DNA of 64,000 nt from Antedon mediterranea (Eukaryota; Animalia; Echinodermata). The notes beneath the pieces were generated by a model. The model ran no database searches. It saw nothing but the letters and a program-made list of their open reading frames with translations, and was not told where the DNA came from. The stretch covers positions 712,201 through 776,200 of the forward strand of contig NC_092679.1 in the NCBI RefSeq assembly GCF_964355755.1, in the 5' to 3' direction. Of this stretch, positions 51,801 through 64,000 are shown one piece after another (position 1 is the first letter of the stretch; each line of letters opens with the position of its first letter). Made by a program: the position numbers and the translations under genes.

Positions 51801-53860
51801 CAAGAAACTTTTTTTTTTCTTTTCCATAATGATGTTTTAAACATTATTAGTATCATCACTTACCTCCAGGCATATGTGATGCAGGACTTGTAACCACTGG
51901 ATATATTGTCGTGATTTGGGCAGGAGTTTTATCGGAATTTGGTCTTCTTTGACCTGAAATATCCGAATGGTTTTAAATATTTAAGTAACTCATAACTCAT
52001 CTACAGTTAAATTATGTACAGAATCAGTTCATTTTTAGTGCTCACTTCGTCCATTAGATAAATAAAACTAATTGGCCTATATAACTATAATTAGAAAACA
52101 AAATTAAAGGAATACCTCGAGTGGTAACGATTGGTCTTGAGGTGGTTACAATTTTGGCTACTTTGCTGGTAGTTGGTAATGGGTCGGTACCTTTTTTTGA
52201 AAAAATAAAATAATTGTATATAATATTTGGTGTAAACCAAAGTGTAATAATCAGAATTATGACTGTTATTAATGATTATGGTGATGACATTGCGGGTAAT
52301 AGGAATAGCACAATCTCTATGTAGTAACAATACCTGGTGAACCATGTGACTGCGTTTGTTGTGTTGTAGGCCTACTACCAGTAGTATAAGGTATAGCAAC
52401 GTTGCCTTTTGTCGTAACTGATGTTGCTTCAGTAGGCTTGGCAACTTTACCTATTGAATACAAAATATTAAACATTAACATGTTTTTCTTAATCTTTTAT
52501 ATACTGTACATATATTAATCAATTACATTTAGACGCAGAATATTAAGTATTTTATTTGTAGACCCGTAATCTATCGATAAGGTTACCCAAACTCTTGCTT
52601 ACTGAACTGAACATAAGCAAATTAATTAATTAATTTTCGGTTAATATTCGGACGCATTATTTTTTCTCCTATTTGATAGAGCCAAAAGGTTTCAGTGTAA
52701 TAAGGTGACTGAGCATGGGCTCTTCCACAAAGGCACATTCAAGATTGATCTAATTACAGATTATGAGTATAGATTATACTATTACAGATTATGAGTATAG
52801 AATACTATTACAGATTATGAGTATATATTATACCAGATTATGAGTATAGATTATACCATTTAAATTATCTATAGATTGAAAGATTTATATCTTTAGATGA
52901 CTCATGACGTTGATCCTTAGCCTGCCCACATATACAAACATCCTTATTCCTATATTCATCTACCATGCATTTCCACAGTGTTGTTGCTCGATCCATGCCC
53001 TATGTAATAACACATACATAAATTACATAAATTAGGGCATGGATCGAGCAACAACACTCTGTGGAAATGCATGGTAGATGAATATAGGAATAAGGATGTT
53101 TATATTTTAAACATGGATTATCAAATTCCGGATATCGAGAGTTTGTGAAAGTGTTACTTTATCCGTCTGGATCAAGTGCCAGAAACATACCACTATATCA
53201 AATCACTATTATGTTTTCGCGATATTTCTTTTCGTACATAAGTACGAGGACCCCTCATGAAACGTCACAAAATAAACATGAATATTCATTAGTCATATCC
53301 ATAACCCATTAATAATTGAAATAAAGGACTTTAATCTGATCTATTATATATATATATCTATGGATAGCAGTTTACTGATTAAATTGTTGTCAATCCTATA
53401 CCTACCACTGTCATAGCAAATCCTACAAGTTGCTTCACCGTATTTTTCAACACATTCTGGCCATTGCGAAATGATTTCTTCTGGGCGTGACGTAGAGCTG
53501 TAAAATAATTAAATTCAATTTTAAATTATTAATGATAATAATAATTTGCAGTTATTAGGCCTACCTATAGAGTGAGAGTTTATGTTGAAAGTTACATTAT
53601 GACCCGTGTCAGAGTTTCGTTTAAGTTATCCCTCATAATTTAAAGAGAAAAAATTATAGCAGAAACATACTGGTTTAAAAAGTTAAAACTATACATTGAT
53701 GCAGTTTACTTCACGAAACGGAAATAGCCGCTACTCAATCCGTTAAAATTTACGGCAGTAGTGTTAGCAAATGTCGTAAAGCAAATTCCCCTTACCTTGC
53801 CAAAAGAGCAATCTCTGAGCACAGTATACGGAACTCCTCTTGTAGAAACGGACTGGACAT
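48876..53860 (-). CDS. Uncharacterised 585-aa single-pass membrane protein: short Cys-containing N-terminus, Thr/Pro-rich stalk, TM, long Tyr-rich cytoplasmic tail
   Basis: Eight GT-AG exons (53796-53860, 53406-53497, 52334-52450, 52116-52190, 51864-51953, 51115-51271, 50375-50445, 48876-49966) have matching phases, total 1758 nt and contain no internal stop. The start is ACCATG with an in-frame stop upstream. TM ILTVAASGSAAVLFIIFIITLITLLF is followed by RRKR. Confidence 0.8.
52753..52858. repeat. ~27-bp tandem repeat (TTACAGATTATGAGTATAGATTATACTA) x4
   Basis: Imperfect direct repeats. Confidence 0.85.
52936..53101. repeat. Long near-perfect inverted repeat (~67-bp arms, 30-bp spacer)
   Basis: 52936-53002 is the reverse complement of 53033-53101 apart from a 2-nt indel. 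Confidence 0.92.
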
Positions 53861-54955
53861 GGTGTTACGTACCAGTGTATATTATCCCCAGTTACTGGTT
53901 AACTGCAGTTTATCGCATAAAATGCCGTTTATGCGATCAAGAATACAAGATATTTACAAATATTATATATCCGTTATAAAGGATCTCTAGATATAAAATT
54001 AAAGTGTTATTTCAAGAAAAAATTCTACCGACTGGAAGCCACTTCAAAAACAATAGCCGACGTAAATGATATTGATGGATTAATTGTTAAGAATAACGGA
54101 TTATGAATATGAAATACTTTGTATCGTCATCGTTCCTTTAATCCGCATCCGGTCGTTGGAAGACATCCGTCGTTGGACTAGATTGTTCATTTTATGGATT
54201 GAACGGTGGTCTTAAACCGGTCATGGCCAACGGACTTAGCATGCTGATGGTGGTCAGCTTATGCTCATTTCCCTTTCTACCACCACCATCTTTCTTTAGA
54301 TAAATAAATACTACGGCGTAATTTAAAAATGAACACAACATTTACTAATTTGCAAACAAATGATAATCTATGAATAATCTTGCAAAATGCGAAATATTTC
54401 CACACAACGCATCAAGAGATTAGCTACAAAGATGCTCTTGAAAACAATGATCAATGACGTCTACGCGAAATCAATGATTTCTACACGCGCACACTGACGT
54501 TTACGCGCAAACAATGAAGTTCACGACACGCGTTAACTATATAATGACATACATTATGTAAAACAGTTACGTCGTTCACGCGCAAACTTTGAGGTGCGCA
54601 CAAAACAATGTTACAAAAAAACACTAGAATAAGTAAATTTATTTATCACAGTGATCTTAAATTAAGAATTTAATGAGTCCTTTTATACAACCATGTTTTG
54701 ATATAAATATTGAGGGAAATGTAACAAACTTTCAGAATCTATTGTTTTAAGTTAATGTAAAATCAAATCTTGCAAACCAGCTATTTTACAATCTCATCAA
54801 TGGTTATTTATCTAAAAATTAGTCATAAGACACATGTATAACGATTTAGTATTGTATCTCGTCATATTATGATTGGTAAAAGAACCACATTATCAGCTGG
54901 CATCTTGAATGGCGTGGTCAATTAACAACTCTCTGGTCTGATTCTATTGCCATGA

Positions 54956-57900
54956 TCACAAACTTTCTGGAACTTCTTTTCGTATGAATCTTGATTGGTA
55001 ATCCTCGAGTGTGTGCTGTAAAATAATAACAAATATTTATAATAAAGGTATAGAGTTTACGTTGCAAGATATGGCCAGACTTCCATACAACTTTTGATTT
55101 TAATTTCTTAAATTCTTGTCATTATTTATTCGGTTATTATTTTGCTCATTTAAAGAGAAAAAATGTATTATACATATGTTAAGGAAGCATAAACAGTTAA
55201 ATATAGGACAAAAAGATAGCTAGAAAATAATGCTCTCAAAATCGGTCCCAAATACTTAGCATGTACTTATTTCAACATACCTGTTTAAGGTCTATCACTA
55301 CTCCTTGTGGAACGTGTTGTAATAAAACCTCTAAGTATAATGGAGCATCAGTTGAAGATAAATCTTGCACCTGAATAAAAAAAAAGGAATTTTCAAATTT
55401 CAAATATATTTTATTGTATGAAAAAATGTCTGGCAAACTGCCAATTTAATGAATACAATGTGAGTACAGCTTTGATCATTTTCATGTGTACTTTAAATAT
55501 ACCATATATATGACAAAGTATAGTTCCAGGGGGCGACATTGAATTAAATTAACAGTGGAATTGACCATAGTATCAAATTTAGCCTAAATTAAGGAGTGGG
55601 ATAAATACTAGAAATATAGAATTGGATGTGAAACTTTGGCACCAACAATTAAGTCCACTTGTTTTGATTTAACTTGTTTATTTGTCATAGTAGTTTTAAT
55701 TTGAGTGTGTTTCAATGAGTTTATATGACTTAATCATAATACAGCAGTTTATATTTATACTGACAAAGACAGCCCTGTCAATTATTTAAGGAAACAGTTT
55801 TTATGACTTATTTGTGTAGACTGCTATAACAACATCATTGTAAAGGAAATGTCTCTAATAAAGAACTGTAACCAGAGAGTTGCTGTAACTGTTAACCTCA
55901 TGGGTGGGGTGGTTTCTGTATAAGTAATAAACAATAATAATTATATAACTAGATTTGAACTCGTCACTACGGACGAGTTAGGTTATCCGCATCGCAAAAC
56001 CCACGCGCATGACACCTAAGTTAGAATATTGCGCGCAGAAAAACGATTATGCCATTGAAAAAATGTTAGTGAGCCCTCTATTTTGTGTCGCATCTAAGTG
56101 TGTACGGTATACACTATATACTGTATACGTACTACATACAGTGCAGAATAGGTGAAAATAAGTGACCAAAGTTATTGACGCATTTGAACATGATGACGTC
56201 ATCACAACTTTAAAAATGGTGAATCATGCGAAAGATAATTGATTGATCTAGACAATATAAAAAAATTGAGTGAAATGGAATACGGATAAGTGGAGATGCG
56301 CTCTATTAAATTTGACGAGCTATGACGAAAGAGAAAAAAATCCTATATTTTATATTCGGGTGGCCATACAATGACGTCACAATGTCCGGTTAGCCATATC
56401 AATGCATGATTCGAGAAAAACAACTCATCTACTTCCAGAATATGTAATTTATAAAAAGTTCACCTCATAGTTTAGAATTTATTACTGTTTAAAAAAAGGT
56501 CTAATTTTGACGATTTTTTGAAGTTTTTCATCAAAAACACGCGCAAATTATCCAATTCTACGTGCTCGTGTGACGTGATTTTAAGTCGAAATTGATTGAA
56601 AATTTATAAATTTACTAGAAAAGGCTGAAAAAACAAAAATCAAGCAAAAAAAATATGTTTTTGCGCTACGTGCGCACGCGCGCGTAAAAAATTTGCGCAC
56701 GCGTGGGAATTTTTGAAATGCTCAAAATGACATGAAACGCATAGAAAATTGATTAGAAATTGATTTTTCGCTTTTTGAAATTTTAAACGCGCGTGCGCGC
56801 GTAACTTTATTAAAACATGCCATTTTTAATCCATAGAAAGTTTGCGCAGGATATGACTTAAATTTTCACCAAGTTTCAATACAAAATGACTTTTGGTTTT
56901 TAATCTATGATCAATCATTGAAATTCATAAAATCGCGCGTAACTTACGCTGCGCGACTCAAAAATCAAAAAACAAAGTTTCTTGCACATCTACAGATATA
57001 GGTCAATCTTATGACAAAGTTATACAATCATTTGTTAGCCAGAATTAGAGATATGCTTGCAACAAAATTCGTGGAAAGAAAGAAGAAAAAAGAAAAAAAA
57101 CTAGACATGAAACTCGTCACTTTGACGAGTTAGTTATCCGCTCGACAAACGCCACGTGCACGTCATACGTTAGAATATTGCACACAGAAAAATATTAAGG
57201 CATTATGACCTGAACTGAAGAATATGATATGTTATTTCTGAATTCTGTTATTTTGTGTCATATACATAGTATACACAGTACAATCTGTATACATATCACA
57301 AACAGTGTAAAATAGGTGAAATTACGGGACCCGTATTTTATTGTAATTTTTAACATCTTGACGGCTTCAAAATGAAATGCAAAAGTAGAAATTTCAGAAT
57401 GAAATTATCTCAGCAACAACATATTAACGTGTAGAAGAAATTTGAATACGTGAAATATTGATGCGCGCTCTTTTAAATGTAATGAAATATAACGCAAAAG
57501 ATGAAAATACGACTTTTTTTATATAACTGGCCATATGATGACGTCACAACATTCGATTGGCACAATTTTCACATGATTTTGTATCTACCATACAATAGCT
57601 TCCTGAAAACGTTTTAATCGTGATTATCACATTTTATTCTTACGAGCTATAACAGATTAAAATTTACTGTAAAGATGAAATTAATGACCAAAGTAATTTA
57701 AATTTTTAGGCATGATGACGTTAATAAAATTAAAAAATTTTAAATTCATGCAAAAGATAGTTGATTAACCTAGAATATATTAAAATCGGGGTGAAAATGG
57801 ACAACGAATAAGTGGAGATGCGCTCTATTAAATGTGATGAGCTATGACGAAAGAGACAAAAATCCTATATTTTATATTCGCGTGGCCATACGATGACGTC

Positions 57901-60170
57901 ACAATGTCCGGTTAGCCATATTAATGTATGATACGATATCTACAACTCATCAACTTCCAGAATATGTAATTAAAAAAAAGTTCCCCATGTAGTTTAGAAT
58001 CTATGAATGTTTAAAAATAGGCATAATTTTGACGAATTTTTGAACTTTTTCACCAAAAACGCGTGCAAATTATCTAATTCGACGTGCTCGTATGACGTAA
58101 TTTTAAGTCGAAATTGTTTAAAATTTGGTAACATTACTAGAAAAGGCTGAAAAAACATAAATCACGCGAAAAAAATATGTTTTTAACGCTACGTGTGCAC
58201 CGCGTGCGTAAAAATTTTCGCGCGCGTGGGAATTTTTGACATGCTCAAAATGACATGAAACGCATAGAAAGTTGATTAGAAGTTGATTTTTCGCTTTCTA
58301 AAATTTTAAACGCGCGTGCGCGCGTAACTTCTTGTGAAACATGCTATTTTTAATCCATAGAAAGTTTGCGCTTGATATGACTTAAATTTTCACAAAGTGT
58401 CAAAACAAAATTATGTTTGGTTTTTAGTCTATGATCAATCATTGAAATTCATAAAATCGCGCGTAAGTCACGTTGCGCAACTCTGACGTCATTCAAAAAT
58501 AGGAGGTGCACAAGTTCACGTAAATTTCGATATGTTGACAAAGTTACGATATGTTCTGTTTACAAGTTTTAGAGAAACACGACGCACAAAAATGACAGAA
58601 AGAAAGAAGTATAATACAGGAAAAAAATTTGATGAAACAGGACGATTACAAGGAGTTATCCGCTACTAAGCGGATAACTAATAAAAAAAAAAAAAAAGAT
58701 CCTGACAATAACAAGGGGTTATCCGCCAAGTGCGGATAACCAAATAAACACATTACATCAACAAATTAATATACTACAAAGAGGAAGTTCAAGGCAAAAA
58801 ACATTGCCACAATAGTAGACTGTCTGTCTGTCTGTCTGACCATTGATTAATCATTCATCAAATCTACAATGAATAAATGAAAACACTGAAAAATAAATTT
58901 AAAAAAAAAAAAAAAATTTTTTAGCATGTCATACCTGTATAACTCTTTCGTGTTCTTTTAGTGTAAAATCTTTTGGTTTTAAATTTTCAGAGATTCCTTG
59001 TTTTCTTATAGTATGAATCAATGTTGATTTTCCTGGTAATGCATACCTGTGTAAAATGACAATTACTACTTTACATCTTAAAAAACAAAATTATTTGTCT
59101 TTTAAATAAATATTTTTACGCATTTTTCACTTTGTTTCATTACTTTGTTTAATTTCATTTTGCATTACATAATTTATTTAATTTTCTTTTACATTAATTA
59201 TAAATTCTGCACCTGCACGTAAAAAAAACCTATAATAAATGTTAAATTATTAATTTAAATTTATACAACTTACGTGTCAATGACATTAATGTCCATGTGT
59301 ATAGCCAAGTTGTGTGCAAATTGTGCATAATGTTCAACAGCAGTACAATCGTATCCAACAAGGGTGATATTCGTAACTGGGTAGATATTTGCCGATGAGG
59401 GCTCTGGAATGTCTTGCTCAGGAAGTGGTTGATAGCGAAACTACAACAATTTTATACAAAATATGGATACTAAATATGCACTGTTTGATCAAATTCTTTT
59501 TTTTTGTCTATACAATTATCCTTTATTTTTCTGAGTTGTTTAATATAACCTACTAAGTCATATTATTATTATTATGTTTTAATTTAATTAATAATATTTG
59601 CTCTAAACACAACTACATTATCAAAATACAATTATCAAAAATAGATACCTCTTCCAAATCTGTTTCATGGTTATCGTGATAAGATTTAGATTGAGTAAAG
59701 ACTTGCTGCCTGTGATGCTTTAAAAGCTGACAATATGTTACTTCTTGTACCCTAATAGTAATATTAACAATAACAATAAATATCAAAAATTACATTTTTA
59801 TCTTTTTGACTGAAGTTTAAATGAAAAAATAAAATACAGTATTAACATTATCCGAAAATTACATACCCTATTCTCTTAAATTGTTTGACAAATAAAAACC
59901 ATCTACATCTAATTATTCTACCCAATAACAATATAAACTAGGCCTAGAAGCTATTTTATCGCTAGGCCTTAAACTAGGGAGGCCGACGACAGGAAAGCCC
60001 TCCGCGGCTTCCTGGCTCATCTCATTCTCTCTCCCCGGCCCCGCGGCCCCTTCATTCGGAGGGTAGGCCTGGCATTTGTGGAATTAAAAAAGCATATAGT
60101 AGTACCTTGATTGTTTCAATAAACACGCATTACGTACGGGACGTATTATTCTTCTTAGAGTAATATTCAT
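54956..60170 (-). CDS. MRPL48: Mitochondrial ribosomal protein L48, 6 exons
   Basis: Basic presequence MNITLRRIIRPVRNACLLKQSR, then YPVTNITLVGYDCTAVEHYAQFAHNL, YALPGKST...HERVIQ, VQDLSSTDAPLYLEVLLQHVPQGVVIDLKQ and HTLEDYQSRF...*. These match the S10-like fold of mL48. Confidence 0.88.
55947..58747 (-). mobile_element. Two nested HINE/Helentron-like elements in an MRPL48 intron (inner copy ~57099-58683)
   Basis: Two AACTAG + AACTCGTC-loop-GACGAGTT hairpin + GTTATCCGC ends at 55947 and 57099, and two GTTATCCGC-loop-GCGGATAAC ends at ~58654-58680 and ~58717-58741. About 1 kb of similar body is shared between the copies. Confidence 0.85.
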
Positions 60171-60753
60171 TTCTAAATATATTTTGAAATAAATAAGTAA
60201 ACTAGGCTAATGTTAATATGCAATTCGGTGGTTGACTTTTCTTCACACACGTCACACACAAAACACGTTGTTTATTTATTAAAAGGTGGCGCTATATACA
60301 ATTTGTGTTACGTCACGTCTGTACTGCGTGAAGAAATGGAATAAGTGCGCGTGCGCCCATATGGACATGATGATGTCATATCACTACCATATTTGGGCAC
60401 ATCACACTTTTTTGTCAATCTAGGCCTAGTTTGATAGTGTAAATAGAGCTTAACGTTAACAGGCACAGACGCACAGTGAAATAATACACTTCTCTTGGCT
60501 TTTATTTAAAAAAGGTCACAATGACAAAATATTTTACCGAGTTTTGAATTTATACAAATTATCATACCTAAGAAAAACTATGTACACGTACAATAATAAA
60601 AAACATGGGTAACGTACACTTCATTGTGAACTCCAACAATGTTTGGTAGCATTATTCATTAATTATCCTTGTATTTATTTTGTATTCAGTATTTCTCCTT
60701 TTCCATAAATGATCTAAAATGTAGGACAACAGAGAGTAGTGCATTCTTCAACA

Positions 60754-60808
60754 AACCTGTACAATGAACCTGTACAATGAACCTGTACAATGAACCTGTA
60801 CAATGAAC
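60754..60808. repeat. 13-bp tandem repeat (AACCTGTACAATG) x4 downstream of POLR2G
   Basis: Perfect direct repeats. Confidence 0.9.
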
Positions 60809-61174
60809 GCAATGTATATACAAAGGGATTTATTTTTTCACAAATAAATATGCTTTTTCCAAACCATGCCACTTTTTTTTAATACATCAAGATTGTCATG
60901 AGAATTAAATTGAAATACATTGCTTGCAATTTAATTCTCTTATAGTAGTCTAGTACAACACACATGTACACAAGTTGAATGTGTCATTTCCACAAAGGGT
61001 CAGACAAACTTCAACCTTCCAAACAATGATGGAGACTCAATCATATCTGTGTTCACACCTTTCCAACTGGAGACACACACTTTTCTTGATCTGGGTCACT
61101 ACTAACCAGTCAATATCAGTGGTTATATCAACCATTCAATAGACATCATCATTTTCATAATCAATATAGCAGCT

Positions 61175-63385
<2,211 letters not shown>

Positions 63386-64000
63386 TTTCGTGTTAATAAG
63401 CGTCTAGCAAATGTATAAAAAAATATAAAATGTACAGATATAATAAACGGCTGACTCTCTAAAACGGTTGACTCCCGGTCGTAATTATCAACACCCGGTC
63501 AGCCCGGTGGTATCCTCAGGAGACGCCCGGTCCAGTTTTATGATATAAAATGATGTAAATTACATTTTATTCAACATGCTTTAGAGTGGTAGTTTTAACT
63601 TATATATATTTTTATTTCCAGAAACAAGTTAAAACTAGTTAAAATAATGTAAAACTTTTTATTCGTCACAACACGTACGTCCACAACGCGTTCAACGCCA
63701 CGCAAAACATCACTTATTACGGAGGGCGGTCTTCAGTTTAAGGCGGTTTTCACGTCACAAAATGTACAAAACGTACAATTAATATCACAATAACATAATA
63801 TGTTAGCATGTACATTTTATATCATATAACCCTACCGCAAAAATGACGACGTCGTCAGCGTTAAAATCTCATGCACGTCCATTATCCGCAGACCCAACCC
63901 TACTTGGAACTTTTTAAACATTCTTTTAGCTTCAATACTCAGTCCATCTTTCTTTAATTCTCTTTATTTTGTTATCTGCATGCTTTATCTTTCTCTTTCT

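Noticed and set aside
54027-54243. Upstream signal-peptide exon for the orphan membrane gene
   Set aside because: The minus-strand ORF from ATG ~54190 stops after 29 codons and is not hydrophobic; at most it is a uORF or UTR.

Overview
AT-rich, intron-rich animal genomic DNA, most likely an invertebrate deuterostome such as an echinoderm (inferred from gene similarity and repeat types, not proven). Six spliced protein-coding genes can be reconstructed by hand. In order: the 3' part of usherin (USH2A, +, ends DTHL*); KCTD3/SHKBP1 (-, tail-to-tail with USH2A as in vertebrates); a TRAF3-like gene (+, head-to-head with KCTD3, atypical all-Cys RING); an unrecognised 585-aa single-pass membrane protein (-) whose Tyr-rich tail carries two PxQx(S/D) TRAF-binding motifs and which lies tail-to-tail with TRAF3; MRPL48 (-); and POLR2G (-). 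Introns hold many non-autonomous elements: Harbinger-type MITEs, hAT- and MULE-like elements, nested Helentron-type HINEs, tRNA/Deu- and 5S-derived SINEs, Penelope-type hammerhead relics and minisatellites. The best leads are the orphan receptor/adaptor next to TRAF3, a cluster of miR-184 seed matches in the USH2A 3' UTR, the intronic hammerheads, and a cassette exon and a furin-type site in usherin. Exon boundaries and motif counts were read by eye and need transcript confirmation.
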